A model generated the notes under the pieces. The model did not search any database, was not told where the DNA came from, and saw only the letters and a list, made by a program, of their open reading frames with translations. DNA of 64,000 nucleotides from an uncultured Lachnospiraceae bacterium (GTDB taxonomy: Bacteria > Bacillota > Clostridia > Lachnospirales > Lachnospiraceae), in NCBI GenBank assembly GCA_902779355.1, contig CACZBF010000002.1, positions 9,633 to 73,632 on the forward strand, given 5' to 3'. Each line of letters opens with the position of its first letter. Positions within the stretch are counted from its first letter, which is position 1. Positions 18,406 through 28,400 of the stretch are shown here, piece by piece. The position numbers were made by a program, and so were the translations under genes.

Positions 18406-19860
18406 TTACCTCCCCGGTGTGAAAAACTTCTGCAGATCCGCTTCCGTCGTATCATCGCCGATCGTGATCAACTCTGTCCCGGTCAGCCGTGCAAACATGG
18501 CGATGTCTTCTCTCGTCAGCGCCGTGGACACCACCGAATGGTGCGCACCGCCTGCATAGCACCATGCTGCGGTACCGATCGCGAAATTCGGTTTATGGCG
18601 GTACATGATCCGCGCCACCGGAAGCTTCGGCATCGGCTCGGGCTGTTTCACGAGTTCGATGTCCGCGCAGATGATCCGGAAATGATCACCGAGGTCAATC
18701 AAGGTCACTTGGATCCCGTCGCCGGTCACACCGTCAAACACAAGCCGTGCGGGGTCTTCTTTTCCGCCGATCCCGAGCGGATGCACCTGGATCTCCGGCT
18801 TCGTCGCAGCAAATGCCGGCGGCACTTCCAGCATATGGGAAGCGAGTTCTAATTCCTGTCCTTTTTCCAGATCGTACGTGTAGTCCTCAATGAAGCCGGT
18901 CGCACCTTCTCTGCCTTCCGACATCTTCATCAGCACTGCGGAAAGTGCGCTGATCTTGTAATCGCCTTCCGGTCCGAACCCGATCCCTTTTGCCATCAGG
19001 TTCTGGGAAGCCAGACCCGGCAGCTGTTTTAAGCCATGCAGATCCTGGAACGTGTCTGTAAAAGCACCCACTCCGTTCTGCTTCATAAAGGTCTCCAGCG
19101 CCACCTCGTACTTCGCCTGCTCCCGCACTGCCTCGCGGTTGTCAGTTGCCATCGTGTACTTCGACTGATACTCACCCATCTTCTGGTCGATCTCAGCATC
19201 GGAAAGGGTGTTTGCCAGGGATGCGATCTCGCCGATCCCCCAGTACTTGATCTCCCAGCCATACTTGATCTCGCACTCCAGACGGTTGCCGTCCGTCACA
19301 GCCACATCCCGCATGTTGTTGCCGAAGGTTGCGACGGTCAGGTTCCTGCCGCAAGCGATCGCCGCTGCCACATGTGCAAAACGGCGGATCTTTGCGACCA
19401 CATCGTCATGCTTGTAAAATCCTGCAACCACTTCATGCGGAATACCGAGCCGTGCCAGGATGAAGCCATATTCGCGGTCTCCGTGTGCCGCCTGATTCAG
19501 GTTCATGAAATCCATGTCGATCTCGCTGTAAGGCAGCCGCTCATTCGCCTGCGTGTGCAGATGCAAAAGGGGCTTCCGCAGGATCTGCAGTCCCTTGATC
19601 CACATCTTGGCCGGTGAAAACGTGTGCATCCAAGTGATCACACCAACACAGTCATCATCATTCTCTGCAGCGCGGATGTCCTCCACGCAGACCTTTGAGG
19701 TCTCCACCGTCGGCATCAGCACGACTTCCGCTACATCCGACAGTTTCTCATTCAGGAACTGCACCATCTCCTGACAGTCTTTTCTGACCTGCGCGAGACA
19801 TTCCTCGCCATACAGATCCTGGCTGCCGGGAATAAAATAAAGTTTGCTCTTGCTTGCCAT
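18406..19860 (-). CDS. araA: L-arabinose isomerase
   Basis: ATG after GGAGGA. MASKSKLYFIPGSQDLYGEECL...VITWMHTFSPAKMW...NLNQAAHGDREYGF; about 484 aa, the typical AraA length. Confidence 0.95.
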   Translation of the reverse strand: MASKSKLYFIPGSQDLYGEECLAQVRKDCQEMVQFLNEKLSDVAEVVLMPTVETSKVCVEDIRAAENDDDCVGVITWMHTFSPAKMWIKGLQILRKPLLHLHTQANERLPYSEIDMDFMNLNQAAHGDREYGFILARLGIPHEVVAGFYKHDDVVAKIRRFAHVAAAIACGRNLTVATFGNNMRDVAVTDGNRLECEIKYGWEIKYWGIGEIASLANTLSDAEIDQKMGEYQSKYTMATDNREAVREQAKYEVALETFMKQNGVGAFTDTFQDLHGLKQLPGLASQNLMAKGIGFGPEGDYKISALSAVLMKMSEGREGATGFIEDYTYDLEKGQELELASHMLEVPPAFAATKPEIQVHPLGIGGKEDPARLVFDGVTGDGIQVTLIDLGDHFRIICADIELVKQPEPMPKLPVARIMYRHKPNFAIGTAAWCYAGGAHHSVVSTALTREDIAMFARLTGTELITIGDDTTEADLQKFFTPGR

Positions 19861-19873
19861 ATCGTCCTCCGCC

Positions 19874-20812
19874 TTATCTCGTTTCTTCAATCTTCTTTGC
19901 GATGCCTTCCGCATCCAGACCGTATTTATGGATCAGCTCTGCTGCCGGACCGGACTCGCCGAACACATCGTTGACGCCGATTCTCGTAAGCTTCGTCGGG
20001 CACTTCTCGGAAAGCAGTTCTGCTACCGCGCCGCCAAGTCCGCCGAGGATCGAATGCTCCTCTGCTGTGAAGACGCGGCCGGTCTTCTTTGCGGAAGCAA
20101 GCACCAGTTCTTCATCCAAAGGCTTGATCGTGTGGATGTTGATCACTTCCGCATCGATCCCTTTTGCCTTGAGGAGCTCTGCTGCGCCGAGTGCTTCCGG
20201 TACGCAAAGTCCCGTTGCGATGATCGTCAGATCCTTTCCTTCTTTCAAAAGGACACCCTTGCCGATCTCAAACTTGTAATCCGGATTGTCATTGATGACC
20301 GGAACCGCCGCACGTCCGAAGCGCATATAAACCGGTCCCTCATGCTCATAGGCTGCGCGCACTGCTGCCTTCGCCTCAATATCATCGCTGGGGTTGATAA
20401 CCACCATCCCCGGGATCTCGCGCATCAGCGCAAGGTCTTCAAGACACTGATGGGACGCACCATCTTCACCGACGGAAATGCCTGCATGGGTCGCACCGAT
20501 CTTGACGTTCAGATGCGGATAACCGATGGAGTTGCGCACCTGCTCATAAGCACGTCCTGCCGCAAACATCGCGAAGGAACTCATAAACGGTACCTTGCCG
20601 CAGGTTGCAAGCCCTGCTGCGATACCTGCCATATCACACTCTGCGATCCCGCAGTCGATGAAACGATCCGGGAATGCTTTCTTGAAAACCCCTGTCTTGG
20701 TCGCGCCCGCAAGGTCCGCATCCAATACGACGAGATCTTCTTTTTCTTTTCCAAGCTCCGCGAGCGCGTTACCGTAGCTCTCACGGGTTGCAATCTTCTT
20801 TACGTCAGCCAT
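19874..20812 (-). CDS. transketolase, C-terminal (pyrimidine-binding) subunit
   Basis: MADVKKIATRESYGNALAELG...FIDCGIAECDMAGIAAGLA...ATHAGISVGEDGASHQ; 312 aa split-transketolase B chain. Confidence 0.9.
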   Translation of the reverse strand: MADVKKIATRESYGNALAELGKEKEDLVVLDADLAGATKTGVFKKAFPDRFIDCGIAECDMAGIAAGLATCGKVPFMSSFAMFAAGRAYEQVRNSIGYPHLNVKIGATHAGISVGEDGASHQCLEDLALMREIPGMVVINPSDDIEAKAAVRAAYEHEGPVYMRFGRAAVPVINDNPDYKFEIGKGVLLKEGKDLTIIATGLCVPEALGAAELLKAKGIDAEVINIHTIKPLDEELVLASAKKTGRVFTAEEHSILGGLGGAVAELLSEKCPTKLTRIGVNDVFGESGPAAELIHKYGLDAEGIAKKIEETR

Positions 20813-21636
20813 TATGCAGCACCTCCTTTTGACAGTTCATCCATCGCCTGATGGTACTCTTCCTCATTCGGCGCTTTTCCGTGCCAGCCTACCTGGTTCT
20901 CCATAAAGGAAACGCCTTTGCCCTTCACCGTCTTCGCAATGATGGCAGTGGGCATGCCCTTTGTCGCTCTCGCCTCTTTGAAGGCGCTTCGGATCTCGTC
21001 AAAATCATTGCCGTTGATGTTGATCACATGGAAATTGAAGGCCTCGAATTTCTTGTCGATGGGATAGGGCGAGCAGACCTCGTCGATGGGGCCGTCGATC
21101 TGGAGATTGTTGTTGTCCACGATCACGACAAGGTTGTCGAGTTTCCGGAAGCCGGCAAACATGGATGCCTCCCAGATCTGTCCTTCCTGAATCTCGCCGT
21201 CACCGCAGAGGCAATACACACGGTAATCCTTGTTGTCCATCTTTCCTGCCAGAGCCATACCAACTGCTGCGGAAAGTCCCTGTCCGAGAGACCCGGAGCT
21301 CATATCCACGCCGGGGATATGCTTCATATCCGGATGTCCCTGCAGGTAAGACCCGGTGTGGCGCAGGGTCTCCAAGTCCTTCACCGGGAAAAAGCCGCGG
21401 TTCGCAAGCGTCGAATAAAAGCCCGGTGCAGTATGTCCTTTGGAAAGAACGAAGCGATCCCGGCCCTCTTTCTTCGGGTCTTTGGGGTCGATGTTCATCT
21501 CCTCAAAATACAGGTATGTGTAAAGATCGGCCGCCGAAAGAGACCCTCCGGGATGTCCGCTCTTTGCGTGATACGTTGCCGTGACGATCCCTTTCCGGAC
21601 TTCGTTCGCGGTTTCCATCAGTTCTTTGTTGTCCAT
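20812..21636 (-). CDS. transketolase, N-terminal (TPP-binding) subunit
   Basis: SGHPGGSLSAADL..., LCGDGEIQEGQIWEA, 274 aa. TAATG stop/start overlap with the C-terminal subunit gene. Confidence 0.9.
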   Translation of the reverse strand: MDNKELMETANEVRKGIVTATYHAKSGHPGGSLSAADLYTYLYFEEMNIDPKDPKKEGRDRFVLSKGHTAPGFYSTLANRGFFPVKDLETLRHTGSYLQGHPDMKHIPGVDMSSGSLGQGLSAAVGMALAGKMDNKDYRVYCLCGDGEIQEGQIWEASMFAGFRKLDNLVVIVDNNNLQIDGPIDEVCSPYPIDKKFEAFNFHVININGNDFDEIRSAFKEARATKGMPTAIIAKTVKGKGVSFMENQVGWHGKAPNEEEYHQAMDELSKGGAA

Positions 21637-21674
21637 ACTCTCTCCTTTCTGATATCACTCACTTGGATTTTTCA

Positions 21675-23267
<1,593 letters not shown>

Positions 23268-23323
23268 TTCTGTCCCTCCTGAAAAATACTGTTCCTTCTC
23301 ACACTCCAGGATCGCGGCTGCGC

Positions 23324-23367
23324 AAAAAACAAGAGCGACGATTCCCGAAGTGCAGATCATCGCTCTT
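23324..23367 (-). terminator. rho-independent terminator downstream of the giant ORF
   Basis: Minus strand reads AAGAGCGAUGAU-N12-AUCGUCGCUCUU (12 bp, one G-U pair) followed by GUUUUUU, 68 nt after the stop at 23435. Confidence 0.55.
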
Positions 23368-23402
23368 ATTGTATCACAAATATCCGGCAAAAAAAACGGT
23401 AA
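23368..23402 (-). promoter_or_regulatory. candidate extended -10 promoter (TGTGATACAAT) abutting the terminator stem
   Basis: TACAAT (23373-68) with an upstream TG motif. The -35 region is only a T-run. This is the only promoter-like element between the giant ORF and the kinase gene. Confidence 0.25.
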
Positions 23403-23434
23403 CTTTCGCCGCGTTCATCCGTAACCGGGAGTCC

Positions 23435-26400
23435 TTATCCACGGATAAACGCATCCAGACGGTTGATGTAGATAAAGATCTGATTCCGGTCTTTCTCACT
23501 TTCATTTAAGAGCAGGCTATACTCCGGATCACTGATCAGATCATAGAGACGATTCAGAATATCCTCTGCTTGACGGCAATTGGCAGGCGTTCTCTTGACC
23601 GCCGGTTCATTACTTCCCGTGATCTCAAAAGCCTCCCCCGCAATACTGCTGTATGCAACACGCAGATCCTGAAGCTTTTGTGCCTGCTCCACTTCCTTCT
23701 GTCTCTCCATCACCCTTTCCTGAAAATCACCCAGCTTCTTCCGATAAGAATTGTAAATCTTCCGGAGCGGTTCAGCGTCCTCATGGTTTAGATGAGACAA
23801 TGGAACAGCATTCAGTTTTTCCGTCAGTTCTACGCAAAGCCTGATGTTTTCCTCAGTAAGATCAGGGATCACCTGGCAGAGCAGCTGCGGACAATCCTCC
23901 TGCATCTTCATCAGGGAAATATAGGTTTTTTCGGCGGCTGCCAGCTCTTTTTCCTCCGCCTCCTGCTTTACGGTAAATTTCTCCCAGATCAGATCCACTG
24001 CGGCGTGAATACTATCCGCCGTCTCCTTCAGGCTGTCAGAAAGGAGCGTACGAAGATCCTCCTCCCTGATGCAGTGATCAAGTGCTTCCAGGTTGTCCCG
24101 TAAAATCTCCAGTTCCTCCAACTCCTTGTCCGTGGGCACCCCTTTGATGGCGGATGTCGCCATTTTGGTTTCCTTGCACAGTTTTTGCGCAAGTGTGTCC
24201 GCACGCTCCACAATGGCGGTACGGATCTGTTCCCTGATCCGTTCAGCGAGATCCGTGATCATATTCAGATTTGACTCCTCATCGGAAAGCAGATACTTCT
24301 CTCTGAAAAGTCTTGCGCCGGAAGAAATCACATCGTTCACAGCACTCATCTTGGCGGAAAGCTCTCTGAAAGACTTCACGTCTATCAGCTTCGTCTCCTC
24401 GATCAAAAGGACCGCACTGTTCTGAAGCTCCACCAGTTCTGATCTCATGGCAGTGATATCCTTTTGCATGAGCTGATGCGTTCTGTTCTGTTGCAGGAGT
24501 CTCATTCGCTCACTCAGCCGCTCCATCCTGCTCTTTACCATGCTCTCAGCTTCAGCCCCTGCTTTCTTATACTGCGGGTAAAGCTCCGGTCCGCTCATCA
24601 CCTTCTTTAAGGTTTCCTCAAAGCCATCCAGTTCTTCCTTCGTGACCGACTCCTTCTTCTCCAGGGAATCCGCCTTTCTTTCCCCGATCCCTATGATGGC
24701 ATCCACCACTCTGAGCTGGTCTTTTCCGATCATCCGGTTCACGTTTTCCTGCTGCTGTTTTAAGTGGTCATAAACGCTCTGCCATTTGGTCACAGCGGAA
24801 TAATCCACGGCCTTGAAGATATCCGGATGATCCTCCCGGAGCTTCTCCATTTTCTCAATAAAGCTTCTCAGCCCCTTCTCCGCCGACTGCAAGGGTTTCA
24901 ATCTCTCGTTGTAATGCTTCAGAACCCGCCCGGCTTTCTGCTGCGGCTTTTCTCCGGCCTTTGCTTCCACTTCACTTCCCTGGACAAGCTTTTCAATCTG
25001 GAGGAACAGACTCCCCATGGATTCCCCTTCCGAAAGCTTCTGCAGCTCATCGAGACACTGTTCGTTCTGGGTGTGCTCCTTCATTTTCTGCTGGAACTGT
25101 CTTTCCTTCTCTTCCTCCTGCCGTTCTTTTTCCTGTTGTGTCCTGTCTTTTTCCTCTTTTTCTCTGATATCGGAAAGCAGCTGTTTCTCCTTCCATTCTG
25201 CCTCCGATCCATCCTGTCCGAAGATACCGTATCCCTTGAGGATCTGCTCGTTTTCGTTATAAAGCCGAACCAGCTCCGGATCACGCTCTTCCTCGGGTAC
25301 CAGAAGACGATATGCAGTCAGAAGCTTGGGCAGATAACGGAGAGGAAGGTATTTCCGGTCTTTTTTCATATCCTCCCAGGCTTCACACAGCTTCTTCTCT
25401 TCATCCGTGGCAAGCTCCGGAATGATCTGCATGGCCTGACTTACGCGCCGGTAGTTTTGCAGCAGCACGTCCATGGAACCGCGTTTGATCACATCCTCGA
25501 TAAAGGCAGAATAGCCTTCCTTCAACTGGGACAGAAGATCCCTGACCGATGCCAGATCCTTCGCTCTTTCATAAAAATCGGAGCCTGCTTGTTCCCCGTA
25601 TTTGTTCAGATATTGTCCGCAGGAGAGCGCAAGGCTCGCCGCTTTTCTCGCCTCCTCCAGTTCCGGCGTGATCAGATCGCTGTCCTTCGTCTCCTTGATG
25701 GTTTTCACGGCATCCGTGATCACCGCATACTCCTGTTCTCTTTCCGCTTCCTGCGACGCCTGCAGCCGGGCAACACCGATCTGATCCCTGATCTGAATCA
25801 GCTCCTCCCGGAATGCACTGTTGTAAAGGCCGAATTCTTCCGAGCACCACTTTTGATACTGCGAGACCTCTTCTTCGAATTTGCGGATCAGTTCGAGACA
25901 CGCAAAAGCACGCTTGCCTTTCTCTCCGAGAAGGATCTCTTTTTGCAGGTTTCTGAGTCGTTCTTCTTTTCTGGTGCGCTCAGCCAGGATTTTTTGTTTC
26001 TGTCTCTCCTTCTCCAGTTCTATTTCCTGTTTTTTCAGGAGTTCTTTCCTTTCCTCCTCTTCCTTCTCCTGCTGGTCGGCAAGTTTCTTTTCAAGATCGG
26101 CCCGTTGCTGTTCTTTCACCTGCCTTTCCTTTTTTTCCTGTTCCTCGTTCTCCTTTGCCTTCTTCCTCTGATTATTGAGCTCTTTCCTTACGGATCTGAC
26201 GTAACGGTTATAGGCCTCGATCTCTTCGGGTATCAGGTAAAGATTGACCCGATCGGATTCCGCATTCAGCGGCGGGTAGTTCTGATAATCCCTGATCTCT
26301 TCCTCGGACATGGCATTCGGATCGTTTTTGATCTCTTCGATCTGTTCTTTGGTGAGGTAACGGAACACGTCCTTATAATCGCTAAGAACGCTTTGGACAT

Positions 26401-28318
26401 CAATGGCCCAGGTTTTCAGCTCCTCTCCCTTCATTTTTTTCGCATGTTCCCCACGGACACGTCGGCGCGCCGCAAGGCGTTCCTTTTTGATCCTTTTGAT
26501 CTCTTCCTCAAAATCGACGTTCTGACCGGCGCGGTTTTCTATCTCCTGGTCGAGCAGAGCCATTGCTTCATCCACCATCTTCTCAAGCTCTTTTTTCGAT
26601 CCCTTGAAGCTCTCCCGGATCATCCGCTCCAGTTTGACCCTTTCCTTGAGACGAACGTGAACCTTCTTCTGATTCTCCCGCTTCTCAAAGACTTTTCTCA
26701 ATTGTTCGACCTTCCAGTCTTCATACTTCGGGTCAGATGCATCGGAAAATCTAGAATTTCGAAGCTTTCTGTCCTCCTCCGGAATCTCCTTTTCCTCGAT
26801 GTATTCGTCTTTGATATTGGTATAGTCCGTCTCGAACTGCTTTTCTTCCTTCCGATAAAGCGAAAGAAGTGCATCCTCCGCCTCCATGGTTTGGGTTCTC
26901 TGCGCCTCCGGATAAAATTCCAATGAAAGGAGCCGGTTCTCCTCCTGGGAAAAATCCTCCCGGCCGTTTTCCAGTTTCTGTGCCAGAGAAAAAAGCCGTT
27001 TCACTCTCTCCTCCAATAGGATCAGACGCTGTTTTTCCTTCTTTGCCTCCCGTTCAAAGTATGCCGGAGAGATGGTTTTGTCCATGCGTTTCCTGTCGGT
27101 CTTTTCAAAACGGTGGTTCCTGTAGCGGCTGAAATTGGCGGAGGCGATGGCTTTTTTCAGTTCTCTTCTGACTGCCTTTGCCACCAGAACGGATTCCGAT
27201 GTCACCTCGACCTCACGATCCTGATACCGGACGGTTTCTTTCTTTTCTTCCGGTTTTTTCAGCTGTTTCTCCCCTGCTGCCGCTTCCCGGTATTCCCGGT
27301 ATATACGGTTGGGATCGTAGGTCTGTCCGCGTTTTACCAGAGCCAGATTCAGCAATGTTTCATTCCGTTGTCTGATCTCTGCCTGACTCTCCGTCACACG
27401 CGCAAACTGCTTCTGACATTCTGCAGCCATCATCTGACGGAAGCTGGCCGCCGTGGAGCTTTCCGTAAAGGCAACATAAGAATGAAGGGCGGACCGGTTT
27501 GCGACAGCATCCATGGGACAGGCAACCCCGTTCATCTTTTCCAGGAGTCTTAAAAACTCACGAAATGCAGGAAGGGCCTTCCCCTGCACGGAGATCTCAT
27601 ACTGACGCTGTTTTTCTTCTGCCGTCTCGTTGCCGCCGATTTTCGGATAGATCTTTGAGAGGATGGAAAGTCTTCTGTAGTCGCAATACAGGCTCCGGAA
27701 ATTTTTGGACGCAACTTCCGGATTTTGCAGCTGCGACGGAAATTCCATGGCGCGGGTTTCATCCATCATGTCCCTGATGGCACCTAAGGGCTCTTTTTTG
27801 AATCGATCCAGATATTTGGCAAAAAGACTCTTCTGATTGGAAGAGGGGGGATTCAGCAAAAACTCCTTTTGAGGAACAAACGAGAGGAGCAGTTCCACCA
27901 GAAGATCCTGCTGCGTCTTGCCATCACCAAGGGCAGCAAACAGTCCCTCCTTTTTCCGCCGGACCTCCTTCACCGCATCTACGATCTCTGTGCTGTAAAT
28001 GTCGTCCGTATTTACCAGCTGGTCATATTCCGCAAGAAAACCCTGCTGCATGGAATCTGTCAGTTCCGAGTATTTCATCAACGCAGAATTCTTCTGCTGA
28101 CGGAACTTATCCAGGTCCTTTTTTTGGATATGATCCTCGGCATTTCGATATGCAGTCTGAATCTGCCCGGACACCCCCTCCTGACGGCTCATGGTGTCCA
28201 TTTCCCGCGAGTAGGCGTCCCGCATCACCTGAAATTCCCTGGTTTTCCCGGTTGTGTCTACGGAATGAAATAACTGTTGTTGTTTCCGCTGCTCTTCCAG
28301 TGTAAAATGATCGCTCAT
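23435..28318 (-). CDS. orphan giant protein, 1,627 aa, predicted all-helical, E/K/Q/R/L-rich; no recognisable domain
   Basis: Uninterrupted 4,884-nt ORF with SD GAGGGGGGA 7 nt before ATG 28318. I see no signal peptide or TM-length hydrophobic run. Two dense charged tracts lie at about 25930-26175 and 25075-25170. Confidence 0.8.
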   Translation of the reverse strand: MSDHFTLEEQRKQQQLFHSVDTTGKTREFQVMRDAYSREMDTMSRQEGVSGQIQTAYRNAEDHIQKKDLDKFRQQKNSALMKYSELTDSMQQGFLAEYDQLVNTDDIYSTEIVDAVKEVRRKKEGLFAALGDGKTQQDLLVELLLSFVPQKEFLLNPPSSNQKSLFAKYLDRFKKEPLGAIRDMMDETRAMEFPSQLQNPEVASKNFRSLYCDYRRLSILSKIYPKIGGNETAEEKQRQYEISVQGKALPAFREFLRLLEKMNGVACPMDAVANRSALHSYVAFTESSTAASFRQMMAAECQKQFARVTESQAEIRQRNETLLNLALVKRGQTYDPNRIYREYREAAAGEKQLKKPEEKKETVRYQDREVEVTSESVLVAKAVRRELKKAIASANFSRYRNHRFEKTDRKRMDKTISPAYFEREAKKEKQRLILLEERVKRLFSLAQKLENGREDFSQEENRLLSLEFYPEAQRTQTMEAEDALLSLYRKEEKQFETDYTNIKDEYIEEKEIPEEDRKLRNSRFSDASDPKYEDWKVEQLRKVFEKRENQKKVHVRLKERVKLERMIRESFKGSKKELEKMVDEAMALLDQEIENRAGQNVDFEEEIKRIKKERLAARRRVRGEHAKKMKGEELKTWAIDVQSVLSDYKDVFRYLTKEQIEEIKNDPNAMSEEEIRDYQNYPPLNAESDRVNLYLIPEEIEAYNRYVRSVRKELNNQRKKAKENEEQEKKERQVKEQQRADLEKKLADQQEKEEEERKELLKKQEIELEKERQKQKILAERTRKEERLRNLQKEILLGEKGKRAFACLELIRKFEEEVSQYQKWCSEEFGLYNSAFREELIQIRDQIGVARLQASQEAEREQEYAVITDAVKTIKETKDSDLITPELEEARKAASLALSCGQYLNKYGEQAGSDFYERAKDLASVRDLLSQLKEGYSAFIEDVIKRGSMDVLLQNYRRVSQAMQIIPELATDEEKKLCEAWEDMKKDRKYLPLRYLPKLLTAYRLLVPEEERDPELVRLYNENEQILKGYGIFGQDGSEAEWKEKQLLSDIREKEEKDRTQQEKERQEEEKERQFQQKMKEHTQNEQCLDELQKLSEGESMGSLFLQIEKLVQGSEVEAKAGEKPQQKAGRVLKHYNERLKPLQSAEKGLRSFIEKMEKLREDHPDIFKAVDYSAVTKWQSVYDHLKQQQENVNRMIGKDQLRVVDAIIGIGERKADSLEKKESVTKEELDGFEETLKKVMSGPELYPQYKKAGAEAESMVKSRMERLSERMRLLQQNRTHQLMQKDITAMRSELVELQNSAVLLIEETKLIDVKSFRELSAKMSAVNDVISSGARLFREKYLLSDEESNLNMITDLAERIREQIRTAIVERADTLAQKLCKETKMATSAIKGVPTDKELEELEILRDNLEALDHCIREEDLRTLLSDSLKETADSIHAAVDLIWEKFTVKQEAEEKELAAAEKTYISLMKMQEDCPQLLCQVIPDLTEENIRLCVELTEKLNAVPLSHLNHEDAEPLRKIYNSYRKKLGDFQERVMERQKEVEQAQKLQDLRVAYSSIAGEAFEITGSNEPAVKRTPANCRQAEDILNRLYDLISDPEYSLLLNESEKDRNQIFIYINRLDAFIRG

Positions 28319-28356
28319 ACTCTCATCCCCCCTCAGTATGTTTTCTCAATCCATAA

Positions 28357-28381
28357 GGAAACGAAGCGATTTCGTTTCCTA
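28357..28381 (-). other. 10-bp hairpin between the protease gene and the giant ORF
   Basis: AGGAAACGAA-N5-TTCGTTTCCT. On the minus strand it is followed by TATGGATT (poor U-tract), so it may be a processing or partial-termination site. Confidence 0.35.
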
Positions 28382-28400
28382 TACTCCTTTATACGATGGA

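Noticed and set aside
24764-26926. 720-aa plus-strand ORF (and several shorter ones) antisense to the giant gene
   Set aside because: The translation is a monotonous F/L/S/P-rich mirror of GAA/AAG/CAG-rich sense codons. It has no SD and no start context, and it lies entirely inside a better-supported minus-strand ORF. It is a shadow frame.
27914-27937. AALGDGKT in the giant protein matches the Walker A pattern [AG]xxxxGK[ST]
   Set aside because: It is an isolated pattern match in a helical context. I see no Walker B, sensor or signature motifs downstream, and this short pattern has a high chance-occurrence rate. I do not treat it as evidence for an NTPase.
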